A stretch of 62,050 bases of DNA, filler included, from Sluysia triapertura (Eukaryota): NCBI GenBank assembly GCA_046118255.1. It is 5 parts of 5 records of this genome, joined end to end, with 100 filler letters (N's around TTAATTAATTAA, not from the genome) between each part and the next. Parts side by side here need not be neighbours in the genome. Positions count along the whole stretch, not along the records: positions 35,413 to 47,275 come from JBJNIA010162705.1; positions 47,376 to 62,050 come from JBJNIA010252306.1; 3 more parts are not named here. The stretch is one strand, 5' to 3'. Of the stretch, positions 40,167 to 53,500 are shown piece after piece (position 1 is the stretch's first letter; each line of letters starts with the position of its first letter). The notes beneath the pieces are model-generated. The model was not told where the DNA came from and ran no database searches. It was given only the letters and a program-made list of their open reading frames with translations. The position numbers were made by a program, and so were the translations under genes.

Positions 40167-41718
40167 TTGTTCATTACTCTAGAACTAGGGTGTCATCTAT
40201 TAAATTTAAACTTATTATTTATTAGTGATTAACAACTTTTACATACGAATATTACTCGTAAATTATTCGAAAATTATTTCTACGACTATTTTAACAAAAA
40301 TTTTTTTGTAGATGTAATGAATAAAAATTATTTTCGCAAATCAATGTCTACGTATAAAACCCTATATCTACTCTGTCCAACCCAAAGTCATTACCAGACC
40401 AATAGTGAGTCGCAATCATTATTCATATGAAAAATAAATTTAATTTCAATAATAATAATAATAATAAACAGAATTCGAAAAAATGTTAAGTTTAATAAAA
40501 TGTTAACTGAAATGTATTATAAGTAATATAACAAATTCTTCATTATAATATTTGTAAGTAAGCAGTATTCGTTGTCTTGTAGTGAAAAAAATACCTCTTT
40601 ATGTAATATATTTCCGGAAGAGCACATTGTCTTGATTATATTCTATAACAATTCCATCAATTTTACTCTATAACAATGGTGGCCGAGCTGCTCGATACTC
40701 TGAGCCATTTTCTCGAGCCGCAATTAAATACGGAGTCCAGAGCACAATGGAAGTTTACAAATTCAAAATCGGCCTGGAGTCGCGCCGCTGTTTTCGCAGT
40801 TTTCGATGAGTCATATCATTCTTAACTTGGACGGAAATGAAATTTGTTACAATGTTGCACTTAGTCTTTCACATTTGTTGTCAGTATAATTTAAGAGACA
40901 TTTTGAAACGCATACGGAACGACATTAATTTTTTAAAATGTAACATAAAAATGAAACGGGAACATTTATCGAGAGCCACAAATAATCCTTCAAAGAACCT
41001 CCTCTATAATAAAATACACATTTTAATATTATTCCAAATATTTTTACCTCTTTAGTATGTTAATCTTATTCTGTAATACAATTATATTTGTACCCGTCAC
41101 AATACTAATTCAACTTCCACATCCTCTTTGTAGCCAAGTAACTCCTACATTTCTCTTATTTGAATAAACAGCCGATGGAAAGCTGTGTCGAGTCAAGAGT
41201 AAAACATCCGAATTTTCGTCAAACATTGGAAGCAATGCTTTCATTTAGACATTTTAATTTCGATATGCTATCCGATCGCAAAATATCCCGGCACTTCACG
41301 TGCACGTGTTAGGTGCATCAAGTGCAACTAATGTTTCATTTGTAACGTGATACAATGGTATCAGAAAATGGCGTGCATGTCCCAGTCGTCTGAACATCCA
41401 GATGTAGTACTTGGATAAAAGTAAGAGTTGACATGAAAGCTGCACACGTATTAATATGATCTTGTAAAATATAAGTTAATCCATACTCAGTGCATTCATC
41501 AACATGGATCTTTCAAAATTTGTGAATACTTTTCTGCGTGTCGACTGTGATGGGCAAATCAGAACTACTAACCAAAACCAGTTCATGGTTGTTGATCTGG
41601 AAGTTCTTCTCGACTAGGAAGTTGTCCAAATTGAACCTGACATAGTTCTTCCGACAAATGGAATCCTTCATTAACTGCTGATATTCTGGCATCTTCTTCA
41701 TGTCGGGCCAAGCTTCTT
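38991..41718 (-). CDS. CDK8: CDK8/CDK19 Mediator kinase, C-terminal exons 41718-41573, 40096-39999, 39231-38991
   Basis: Spliced WPDMKKMPEYQQLMKD..|LKKMLEMDPNKRISA..FEKEPLPSDD|AFGNYPIPYAKRDFIVEE+polyQ matches CDK8 WEDIKKMPEH..MDPIKRIT..PLPTSDVF..IPYPKREF; splice phases compatible. Confidence 0.9.
39090..39149 (-). repeat. CAG/CAA repeat encoding Q20
   Basis: 60 nt of mixed CAG/CAA inside the CDK8 exon. Confidence 0.95.
40101..40164. repeat. (AAT)n microsatellite
   Basis: Perfect trinucleotide run. Confidence 0.95.
40674..41000. mobile_element. hAT-like non-autonomous remnant in a CDK8 intron
   Basis: Starts CAATGGTGGCCGAGCTG with GAGCCGCA/GAGCCACA subterminal motifs typical of Buster/Charlie-type hATs; right TIR not found. 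Confidence 0.4.
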
Positions 41719-41884
41719 CTGAAAGATAAATTAGACAAACAAATCTTATTAAACGAAGGAAAATGACATGCAATTATGCATGAAGTTATTCGTTTTGCAA
41801 TTTCTGTTTCGAGTGTTGTTATTGTTTATTTCAAGATAAATACCTTTCTATGTTGAATTATTAAGTAATAAAAAATAAGTAAAA

Positions 41885-42023
41885 ATGCAAGTATACAAAA
41901 TGAATCAATATATCTTATCGAGATGCAAGTATACAAAATGAATCAATATGTCTTATCGAGATGCAAGTATACAAAATGAATCAATATATCTTATCGAGAT
42001 GCAAATACAAAATGAATCAATAT
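41885..42023. repeat. Minisatellite, 38-bp unit x ~3.6
   Basis: atgcaagtatacaaaatgaatcaatatRtcttatcgag at 41885, 41923, 41961, 41999. Confidence 0.93.
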
Positions 42024-42922
42024 AGCAATAATATAACTTATCAAAATGAATCCATTGTAGTGAACTCAAGGCATATTACAATAATAATCATAAGCAAACA
42101 CCAACACAAATTGACACATTTACCTAAACAAGGTATCAAACCACTGCTCAATACATACAAAACTTAAGTATAGTTCTAACAATATTATATTATTAATACT
42201 ATTATTATTATTAGTCTTTATTGTTAACCATTTGCGATCATATTTTATTTCCATTGAATTTTCTACAGGTCCTATTTCATTCCAGCGAAAACACAATTTC
42301 CACAATTAAACGCCTGACTCAAAAAAACGTACTCAAATCGAATTTAAAATATTTATTTATTTATATTTATGTTATATTGTTTAATTATAGCAAATTAAAA
42401 AATTCTAAATTCGAACTTACCAATATAATAACACGAATATTTCTATTTGCTTACGATATTACACTTACACAACTCCGATAAAACTAATCTGCGTACTTCG
42501 CATATAGTATAGGGGTAATATAGTGATCTAAACCTGGCGATAATGACGAGTCGGTGCAAATAAAAATACGAAATGTAAACACTTTCAACATATAACAGAT
42601 TACATAAGCGTTTCAATGTTTATGTTAAATTAGCGTCGGAGCTGCCTCGAGAGAGGACCGGAAAGAGTTAATGTTAACATCGTAATATATTTATATATAT
42701 TTATATTTATATTAAAAATCAATATCCATTTTAATTAATGTATGAAATTGAAGAAAAAATGGAAGAAATTATGGACGAATTAATCGAAGTATGGGCTCGA
42801 TTAAATGCGAGACTAACATCCTTATTGATTCACATTCATAAAACATTGGATAAAATTCAAAGTTAGTGTGTTTACATATCGCTCAATTACACTTTTTTAG
42901 CAATATTGAAAATAAACTTTAG

Positions 42923-43348
42923 GAGTTACAAGTTTTATTACAATTACGTGGCATAGATGCTATTGACAATTTAAATTCAAATTTCGGAGAAATTGGATTA
43001 AGATCAGATGAAATTGGAGCACGGTCTCCAAAATTAATATTGATGTGGGAAGCATTATAAAGATTTATGTTTATAATACTAATTATTGCTACTTTATTAT
43101 CTTTTTGTCTAAAATGTTTCACAAATAATTTTGACCAACACGAAGCCAGTTGCAATTATGGTTGCTTTTATAGTCGTAGTATCTGTCGTGCCTTTTAATG
43201 ATTGGCGAAAAAAACGGCAATTTCGTGGTTTGTAAAAGAAAGTTGAAGGAGAGAATATAGTCAATTTAATGCGTGATGGTATTATTATTTCACGCGATAT
43301 TGTAGTTAGTAATATTTGTCTAATTAATGATTACGACACACTCCGAGA
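42923..43348 (+). pseudogene. ATP2B: Plasma-membrane Ca2+-ATPase (PMCA) N-terminal fragment
   Basis: ELQVLLQLRGIDA, LMWEAL*, IILIIA, PFNDWRKKRQFRGL*KKVE..MRDG..DIVV; stops, frameshift and internal deletions. Confidence 0.88.
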
Positions 43349-43764
43349 AAATTAGAGTAAAAATAAATCGGTTTTACACAACGAATTAACGTTTTTAATA
43401 ATTAAGATTGTTTATGTTGGAATATTCGTTTTATTAAACACTGTAATTATTCGTATACTCACTTGCACAATATCATTATGAACTTGAAGTTAAGTAGGAG
43501 TTTAAAAATGAATATATGAAGCTTATTGAAATTGGTGTTAAAAGTTGATATACTCTTGACTGTTATATTTAAGATGACCAGATTTTTAGATTGGCAAAGC
43601 GGGACAACTCTGAAGGAGGGAGAAGTATCAACAAAAATTTTCATACAGAATAAAAATAATATCGTAATATTTTTTTTATTTTTAACATAAGTACAATTTA
43701 TAAGTATAAAAAATGTATAATATTTTATTCCTTGACATATTTTTTATTTGAGTGACTTTGTTTC

Positions 43765-44130
43765 AGTAGATTTTTTATTCGTAAATTTTATTCGTATATT
43801 TCTTTCTAAAATTTCTTTTAAGGTGATATACTTTTTGTCATCAATATAAAATATGAAGACTGCAGCTTGAACTGACTCCCATTTGTTAAAATACCTCCAG
43901 AAATTAACAGATTCGGCTATAAGCATTTAAATTCTACATAGCAAAATTATGAAATTAAGAGCATCCTATTAAATTTATAGCCACTTGAGGAAGTTATTCT
44001 ACCTTTACTTAACAAGTCTTTTCCTTACAAATCCAACGGCTAACCCTATCTGGTAAGCCTAGTACGTTGGTGGACTCACGTTAAATAATTCTACTTTATT
44101 CTATAAGTCTCTCTTATCTTAAAATCCCCA

Positions 44131-44132
<2 letters not shown>
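43765..44132 (-). mobile_element. Solo-LTR-like dispersed repeat, copy 2
   Basis: Same sharp CCCACA boundary; 56/60 identical core; shared atacctccaga and ttcgtaaatt blocks. Confidence 0.55.

Positions 44133-44197
<65 letters not shown>
44132..44197. repeat. (ATT)n microsatellite
   Basis: Perfect trinucleotide run. Confidence 0.95.
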
Positions 44198-45364
44198 GTA
44201 CTTATGTGTTTAAGCATGAGGATTTTTAGCATAATAATGTTTAATGCAAACGTTATAATTGAATAGTTTAAAATTGAAGTGCTTTAATGAAAAATGTTGT
44301 AAGGTTTGAAACACAACATTTAAAAAGAAATACATAACGATTTTGGAACTTGTAATTACAAAGTGAATTCGATTGTAATGTGGAATGATTAAAATGAGAA
44401 GTTTTGCTATGTATGTTTTATAATTTATTTAGTGATTTTATGGTATAGGAGTAATAAAGTTATATTTTATGAGTTCAGTAACATTTAAAATAATTTGTTT
44501 TATGAAGTGAAACGTAAATAAACTTCCAGTAAATTTCTAATGTAAGAAATCCACACAGTAAATTTTGTAAAAAACAATTTAAAATTTTGAGAAAATTTTG
44601 AATTAATCTTGATTATTTAAATATTGATATTGTGTTTTATAATACCTAAATATCCACGAATATTTATCTTGCAACTGAAAAAAACAGTAAAATTAACTCT
44701 TAAACGCATCTTTATAAACACCAGAAGCACTTCTTTATAACAAGGCAGAAATCAAAAATCAATCTGAAGAAAGAAGTGAAGAACCCATAAAACTTAATTA
44801 GCATCTGGAAAATATTAAGCATCGAATGTAGCCGTCAACAAAACGCAAAACATCCCCAAATAAGTGAATACTACGAGAAACAAACCAAGGCGGATGTAAA
44901 TAAATACATACATACTATGAAAAATAATACTTGGTAAAAATGCCACCAAAACTTGGGAAAAATTGACAGTGTAAGATCCATTAATATAGAATTTAAATTT
45001 TATAAATTTATTAAATAAATCTTACTTTAGAATAAAGTAAATATTAAATAGATTGAATATTTTCAAAAAGTAATACTTATTATTACAATTTCAAAAATAC
45101 TAACTCCCATAAGTTATACGAATATTCAAACAAACATTGATATAACATCAATATCATTTTAATTTACGAAATACACGTACTAATTTTATTATTTTGTATA
45201 AATTTTAAATGATTTTGCACATCATCATCATCATCATCAATCATAATAATAATAATTTTGATTTTATTATTTCTGAAAATAAAGAATCCGAGAAACAGTA
45301 TTTCAATCATATACATTTTATATTTATATTCAAAAAAACAGTTTTATTTAGATAATATATGTGA

Positions 45365-46141
45365 CTATTCCCAACGAAATTGTAATAGATCTTTAATTCT
45401 CGGTAATTTTCTTATATTCGATTGCATTAAATCATCAGCTAAAAAATTAGGATTAATACATAACTTGAAACGTTTTTTACTATGACTACACAAGGCAGAA
45501 TTTGATTGCACTCTAGTAGCAGTCTGTGTTATTAATGAACGATGTTTATATTCTTCTATTCTTCTTTCAATTTCGGCATCATAATTACGTAAAATTGAAC
45601 GAATATTTAAAACATTGAAACCATCTAATAAATCATCAGTATTATTTAAAACATCAGTAGATGATAATTTAGTTGATTTAACTAATCTATATTGTGGATC
45701 TATATCAGAACTGTTGTATATAGCTTGAGATTTTAATGTTTGATTTGAATATTTTGGTTGCGATATTAAATAACGTTTAGAAAAGACATTTTCATTTATT
45801 TTTGCAGTTTTAATTTGTTCTTTAGAATAATGTTTAATTTTGAAATTTAAATATACACTATTAAAGTCTTGATAATCGAAATTAATTGGAGATACTAATT
45901 GTATTAAATAACTGTAATCAAAATGAATTGGTAGATTTTGATTTGATAATTCGTTTAGTTTTTTTGTTATTTTGAAATTACCATTTCGATTTTTAGTGGT
46001 TGAATTGATCACACACCAATCTTTTTGCATTGAATTTATTTTTGAACATTTTAATAATCCTTCGACAATATCTGTTGATAATGCAACTAAAGAATTATTA
46101 CCATCTTTTTTATCACTATATAACTTATTTACTGTTGACAT
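45365..46141 (-). CDS. Orphan single-exon ORF (258 aa)
   Basis: ATG to TAG, 777 nt stop-free in very AT-rich DNA; no family recognised. Confidence 0.6.
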   Translation of the reverse strand: MSTVNKLYSDKKDGNNSLVALSTDIVEGLLKCSKINSMQKDWCVINSTTKNRNGNFKITKKLNELSNQNLPIHFDYSYLIQLVSPINFDYQDFNSVYLNFKIKHYSKEQIKTAKINENVFSKRYLISQPKYSNQTLKSQAIYNSSDIDPQYRLVKSTKLSSTDVLNNTDDLLDGFNVLNIRSILRNYDAEIERRIEEYKHRSLITQTATRVQSNSALCSHSKKRFKLCINPNFLADDLMQSNIRKLPRIKDLLQFRWE

Positions 46142-46628
46142 TATATTGTGTTAAGTAGCGTGATTTATTTCATTAAATACTTCCGCTTTCAAACAATACC
46201 AAACTTACTATTATGTTTTATTTAAAAATTGAAATGGACTTTTCAAGTTACTTTTTTGTTACTTGATGTCAGTTTTATATTACGTCTTTGTTAATTATGA
46301 TACTTTTACTAAATCTTCGTGAACAAAATTATTTAGTGAACTTTTCCATCTTGCTTGGCATTTAAAACTCCTGTGCTACCAATGAGTAATAAATTTATGA
46401 CCCAACAATTATCATGTAACTTATTACGTCATAACAACGGTATAAATTTGAATATGACTGAGGTGTGCAGAGACATTACTCAGTAGATAATTATATATAC
46501 TTCTAGATCGCAGTTTTGAAATACTGAGCATGGTAGATATTTCAGAATCTCAATTTGACCAATAAGAGATGTGTCACGAAGATTTTCAAAATTGTGTTGA
46601 ATGAATTATGCAAATGAACATTTTTTTA

Positions 46629-47269
46629 CTCTGTCTCCTCGAAAATTAGACAGGGCATATATTAATTTTCACTCCAAAATATGACATTAGGTCTTATTTC
46701 TTGAGGGGAGGTTGTCCTGTTTTCATCCATCGAAAGTAGAGAATTATGATAGATAATTTCTAACAGATAATCTAATAGTCTTTCGTATTTTTTTTGATGG
46801 AACGCAGATAATCAAAAGCTGTGCATGTCTTATTTTTGCAACCTTTGTTGATTATTTATGAATTTCATTTAAAATATAAACGTCACAATGAACATTCTTA
46901 ATTTAACTTATAAATCATTATTTTATGTCATTCTCATGGATATTGTGCAGAAATTCTTTGATAATTTATAATAAAATCTTATTTGAAGGATTGTCTGAAA
47001 GTGAATTAGAATCTCAATCTTGTTACAAACAGTTACAGTCAGAAAGTGAACCAGAATGCTTTGACAATGAAAATATCCCAGAATAAAAGCTAATTATGCT
47101 TTAAATACTCAAGTAGCTTTAAAGAATGCATTTAACGCTGTCTCAAGCCATTCATTGACTTTTATTAGGTATCCTAATCGGCTATCAATCAGGGCTTATT
47201 TTAGGGGTAAGTGTTAAATTAAAATCATCCTGAAACATCAAGCAAGGTCTTATTTTCCGGGAAACACGG
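46629..47269. mobile_element. Tc2/pogo-like non-autonomous DNA transposon
   Basis: Right end GTCTTATTTTCCGGGAAACACGG-TA; degenerate left TA-CTCTGTCTCCTCGAAAATTAGAC (17/23); subterminal CTTATTT repeats. Confidence 0.7.
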
Positions 47270-47275
47270 TAATAT

Positions 47276-47375
47276 NNNNNNNNNNNNNNNNNNNNNNNNN
47301 NNNNNNNNNNNNNNNNNNNTTAATTAATTAANNNNNNNNNNNNNNNNNNNNNNNNNNNNNNNNNNNNNNNNNNNN
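47276..47375. other. Artificial contig-joining linker
   Basis: N44-TTAATTAATTAA-N44. Confidence 0.97.
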
Positions 47376-47479
47376 CACACACTTTAAAAGCAGAAACGAT
47401 TATGCAAAACATTGTCCTTATTTAATCCTCTAAAACAATATGTAACATGACCCACTTAAGCCTGAGAAACTTAAAGAAA

Positions 47480-47519
47480 ATGCGAGTGGGACCAAGTGGT
47501 CCCATCGGCGGCGAAAGGG
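47480..47519. mobile_element. piggyBac-type terminus
   Basis: ...CGGCGAAAGGG-TTAA preceded by palindrome TGGGACCAAGTGGTCCCA; related to the 32483 MITE. Confidence 0.65.
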
Positions 47520-47829
47520 TTAAATTATGATTGAATAATAAATCAAAATTTAAAAGTTAATATTCAGACTAATAAATTTAAATTAACTATGTACACTTTT
47601 ATTATGCTGACAAATAATTATGCATAGTTATGTTATATAATTTTAGATTACAATTTAATTTTGGACTAAAAACTATTATTCATTTATTAGTTAAAATCAA
47701 TATTATAATTTAATACTATTACAGAAATTTCAGTATGACTGTAACAATATGAAACAAACATAAAAAAATTTATGGAAAATTTATTGTGGAAATTTTAACA
47801 CACTATTCCGTAAAGATATTTTAACCAAA

Positions 47830-48045
47830 GATCTTATTATTAAAACTTTTAGTAAAGAGTCTTCAGCAGTTTGGTGTCGAATCGATTTGGATAGACTTGG
47901 TATCGAACAAATTTAGTTGATAAAGTATTCCGACTTGCGATCTTATTATTAAAACTCTTTACAAAGTATTTTCAATAATTTGGTGTCGAACTAATTGAGA
48001 AGGAACTGATATTGAACCATTTTATTTGTTAAGATTTCTTGGTCC
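47830..48045. repeat. Diverged tandem duplication (~110-bp unit x2)
   Basis: gatcttattattaaaact and tttggtgtcgaa recur with the same spacing. Confidence 0.8.
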
Positions 48046-48893
48046 GAATATTAATACATAAAATCAAAACTAAAATTTTAAATAATTTAACTATTCTATA
48101 TAAAATTAAAGTTGATAAAAAGTTTCAATAAAGTTGCACTTTTATTGTTTGCTAATAAAATTCTAATTTAAGTGTATATTACGATTTTTCATTAGTGTAT
48201 TATAAATAAAATTATTGAATTTAAATTTTATTATAAAAGCTAGAAAAGTTAAAGAGGAGTAAAATTATATAGATTAAAAATAAAGTTTTTATAAAGTGGA
48301 ATAAAGTTAGCATAAAATAAAGTTATAAGATTGTCATGAAACAAAAATATGATGGTTGAGAAATAAAATAAAATCTTTGTGAAATAAGATAAAATTTTGT
48401 TAAACGAGAAAATAAACCGAAGTTTTTATAAAGCAAAGTAAAGTTTTTTAAGCAATAAACGATACATTGTCTGTTAAACATTTCCATCTGGAACAGATGA
48501 GACGAGTGTAAGACTCGGTAAATCAAAGATAAATATTTAAATCGAGTAAAACTTTTAAATAATATTAAATAATTAGCGACACTCACTAGGAACTCATATA
48601 GCCAAAAAATACTTAACGTAGAAAACAGTTAGCACTATGCATATAAACCAATCCCATAATTTTTACAATTATCTTTCTAATCCGAACTTTTGAAATATTT
48701 GATAGTTGAAGCAACACTTTTAACTTAACCAATATGAAATCACCTTATGTTTTAATATTAGCTGAAACGAAATGCACAAATTTAAATATAATTAACAAAA
48801 AAGCATCGCTTAATAAATAAAATATTTCATCAACCAACCAAGAATAATTCAAAACAAAAATATCACCCAATCACCATTATTTATCAAAATTAC

Positions 48894-50452
48894 TTGCTTT
48901 ATCAATAATATCCAATGAAGCCTTATTTTTTCCTTGACTAAAAAACTGTTTTCGTGCTTTAGCCCAAGGTATTCTTTCACCAGCAGTAAGTGCAGCCAAT
49001 TTTTTTTCACCTTCTGTAGCTTCTAATGGGTCTTTCAAAATATGCATAAGACTTCTAAAAATAAATTATTATTAAAAATTATTATTAAATTATTATTTAA
49101 ATTATTATTAAATAAATTTCCAAACAAATTTAATATTCATATAACCTCTCGATATCAACAGGTCTTAAAATTCCTGATTTAGTCTTAATAAAAACTCGAT
49201 AATATCGTCCACGATGAATAACAACAATATGTGATGAATCACGATAATGAACAACTGAATCTTTGACTTCACCTGGTATTCGAGTAGTATTAAATTGACG
49301 TTCATATTGTGATGAGCATAGAGGTACAGAATTGTTGATAAATATTGGTTTCATCTAAATAAGATTTATTTATTTTCACAAGACCACAATCCCGTAGGAT
49401 CATAAATTTAGAATTTCATGTATACTTGCATAAAATTATAAACGAAGAAAAGGTGGTGGAACCAAAAATTATAAACCTATATATAATCATATTTTTCCAA
49501 CGAAAACAGAGATGTGAAAAATAAATACATAGACAAATAAGAGGTGATTAAAGAAAATACAATTATATTGGTTCAAAATACCAAATATTTTGAAAAAAAT
49601 TAACAAGTAGCTTTTTATCAGATAGTACAGTGTAATTGTACTTTATAACTTTAATCTTTGAATTTATAGTTTTAAATATTTCTTATTTTTAAAAACTTAT
49701 TTCTTAGTTTTAAATATTTCTTATTATATCATTTTTTAAAATTTATATGCATAACCAAAAATGTTTACTATGGATAAAATCAATATAATTAATATCATAT
49801 ACTCCTTATATTTAATGGCCAATGTCATCTATAAATTAAATTTTTCCAATAATATTGCTTTGGCTACATTATAACTATTTACAATTACATACACATTTGA
49901 ATTAGACTGTGTTTACTATTATTTGTGTTTCATTTCCATTCGAATAAAATGTCGTTTCGTTATTACTGCTAATTAAGTAAAGTTAAACCACATGTTTCTT
50001 ACATCTATTTTTGTTTTTAAATTAAGTGCATTTGAGAAAATTTTTTTCTTCCATGATTTTATCACTTTTAAGCTGTTTTATTTGAGTCAACTAAGATATT
50101 TTTAAAACTAATTTAAATAACTTTTTTTAATTATTTTTATAATTATAAAGATTTCGTTACTGATTATAATATTTTAATTGCCATCCAATTTAATTACATA
50201 AAATTCAAACGCTTATAAACTATCGAACCCAATTAAAATAAATTTTATATTCTAACTGTTTCTTTCTCAATTGATTTTCGATATTGAAAAGCCAAATATA
50301 TTAAATTAGATGCTTTTGCAGTTTGTAATTCAGTCTCAATATTGTAAAAGTCAATGCAATAAAAATTACTATTGACCATAATTGGTCCTCTGCCAGATAA
50401 GTATACGTATTCCTCCCACCAATCTGATATCTAAAAGTGGTAATGAATAAAA

Positions 50453-50501
<49 letters not shown>

Positions 50502-53500
50502 TTGATTGTAAATAGATTTGAAACACTAAAGAAACTAGAAAATATTATAAAAATATTATAAAAATTAGAAAGAATGTTATTAAAAATAATAATTATATAA
50601 AAAACGTTACTTTAATAAAATTTAACAAAACAAACAATTGAAAAATTTTGTATAAATTAAATAAATTATTCTGAAAAGAAAGTAATTTGAAAGTAAGTAA
50701 ACCACTTTTTGGGAAAGTAGAAAGTAAACGCCTTAAATGTTTATAGTGTGACAAAAGAGCAATAAGAATATATTTTATGTAAACATATTTATATTAAGTT
50801 CTTTATTTAAAGCATACATAAAAACCAAAGGAAATATACTATTGTTGTGTAAGGAAATATGATGTTAAAGTTGAAAAATTTCGACGGAATATTTAAAATA
50901 CAGATAAAACTGTAAGTCATAATGTCATTATCTTCATAATACAATATATTACTTTAAAGTATTTTGATTACTTTAATAACTACATTATTAACACAGGTAA
51001 TTTTATTCAGTTTGTTTGAATTACAGATTTATCTCAAAAAATTTCACTCCTAATAGAACAAGTACCTTCGACTAAATAAATGATATTTTTAATTGTATTA
51101 GATTATAACAGTCTTAGATATTGTTAATGACAGTTTCATTTAAAAAATTGTTATTGATTGCATTTTTTAAATAAAAAATTGTCTTAGTATCCCTAATGAC
51201 GAAAAGAAAAGAACTGACTGAAGTATAAAATGAAAGAATTCTTGTTTACAGTGAGTAAGGATATTACAAGTCAAAATTTCTAAAAAGATGCAGATTTCAC
51301 GTGGTTGTGTGCGAAAGACGTCAAAGAGTTTTCAGCAAACCGGATCGCATGCTAGTAAAGCAAGGTGTAGCAGACCAAGGAAACTTCAGAAAACGCATGT
51401 CATTGTCTAATAGAAGGTTAACAGTAGAAAAATTCGGTCGCTTTATAATAATCAGAATGAAATTCCTATCGGGATTACTGCGATAAAAAAATTGATTACG
51501 AAAATTTCGTTTGTGCAGCCGAGTGGCTGCCCGAAAACCGCTTTGGACAGATGAAATTTGTGGCCCAAAGTGTCGAGTTTTTGTCAGATTTCCAGAAAGG
51601 TTGGCGAAAATTACTTGGTACGAACAATAAAACATGGTGATGGTTTGGGGTTGTTTTGGAAAACTTTTTAGACTAGAGACAGTCATGACAAGAAAGATAC
51701 ACAGAATATTCTTCGAACATGAAGTTTTATCATCCTCAGAAAGATTACTTCACGCATAGTTTGTGTTTATGCAATATAATTATCCAAGCACAAAAGTAAA
51801 TTATGCACAAATTATTTAGAATTAGAGCAACCCTAAAAGCCTCAATCTCCAAATATCAACCTCACCGAGTTGTTGTGGAATGAGTCCGACAGAAAAGTGA
51901 GAAAAGAACTTCCAAAAATGTTCTCTGAAACATATTGGATGCCCCTTGGAAAATCGAGCCTGAAACTTTACAAATTAACTAATCATACGGCACAAATCTG
52001 TGCTACATTAAAAGTTTGACTTTTATTAAAGACCTTAATTTTATAAACTTTTGATTTTATTTTTATAAATTAAATAAATTAATTTATTTATTCATTTTAT
52101 ATTTATTAAGAGTTTCCTTACGTTATTTTAAAATGCATACCCTAACACCCTGATAATTATATAATTATATAATTACATCTTAATAAATCCTATAAATTCA
52201 ATTTAACACTAATACCTATTCATACCATCACCGTTCATTTGACGGATAACTATACATAAAATTATATATAAATTTAAGTCATTATAAAAATGGTAAAAAA
52301 CAGTTTCATAGTATTTTTAAAGTAAAAACAAAAAACGGTACACTTAGTGTTAAAATTATCCAACTTTATATAGTAAAAATTAATACAAAATAAAGAACAT
52401 TTTATTTAAAACTAATAAAATGAAATTAAAACCCTACTCTTTTAAAATAAAGGTATTTTATTAAATAAAGTAAAATACATCTAAATAAAATTGTTAAGAA
52501 AAATTATTAAATAAAATATATAGATGATAATTTTATTTTAGAATGTCGAATTAAATGTTTAATTTATCGAAACGTTAATAATAATAATATTATTATTATA
52601 TTATTAGCAAAAGTAATCTTTACTTGAATTTTATTATTTTAAATTTGATATCATTTGTCAAATATTCATAATTAAAATTATTTAAAATAAATTAAAATTA
52701 AAATTGTGAAATAACTTAGAATAAGTCAAAATGAAACATGCTTAACTTTTTGAAAAACTGATTTTTCAAACATTTGGGCTAAAGAAACATTTCTGGTTAA
52801 TACAAGAATGAGTTTGGAATAGGATAAACATTATAATTCTACGAAAACTCAATCACTTATACAGCATATATAATTGTAACTAATAAATTATCAAAACTTT
52901 TTAAAACGAAACACTAGTTTTAATATTTTTCAGAACACACTTTGGAAAATTTTATACTAAAGATTATGAATCGCTAAATATCTAGGAGCTTCGTAATTTT
53001 GTTTATTTACTGAAGCAACTGGGTTTTTTTGAATCATCTGTTTTTAATGACTCGCTCATCATTATAAAATACAAATTAAATTAAATTAATGATTTAAAAT
53101 AACAATTAAACAAAAGATTATTAATAAAACCAGTCTCATAATTTCACGAGATTGGGGAAGTTGAAGTATTATTCATCAGATTCATTTACTGATGAGTCAC
53201 ATTTCGTTGTCGAAAATAATGACAAGCATAAATAAGATTTCAACCAATCGATATTGGTATTAAAATCATATTTAGATAATTGCCGATTATTGAAATTTTG
53301 AATGTGAAAAATATAAATTCACAGCACAAAAATTAATCAGTATTCACAACAAGCACCGTTCAAGGTTTTTGTTTTAATTTTTTATTACTTTTTAATTACT
53401 TTTTTAAATAATTTTTAACAAATTTTGTGATACATATAAAGTTTTACATATTCGATTAAGTTTGTAATAAAACCTTGATATTTTACTTTTAAAAAATTTT

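Noticed and set aside
41885-42023. CRISPR-like array
   Set aside because: Head-to-tail 38-bp units with no unique spacers; eukaryotic context
43050-43240. TAA at two conserved Gln positions of PMCA, suggesting stop-codon reassignment
   Set aside because: The same fragment has deletions and a frameshift; intact CPT1 and CDK8 exons use CAA/CAG with no internal stops; CAA to TAA is a simple transition
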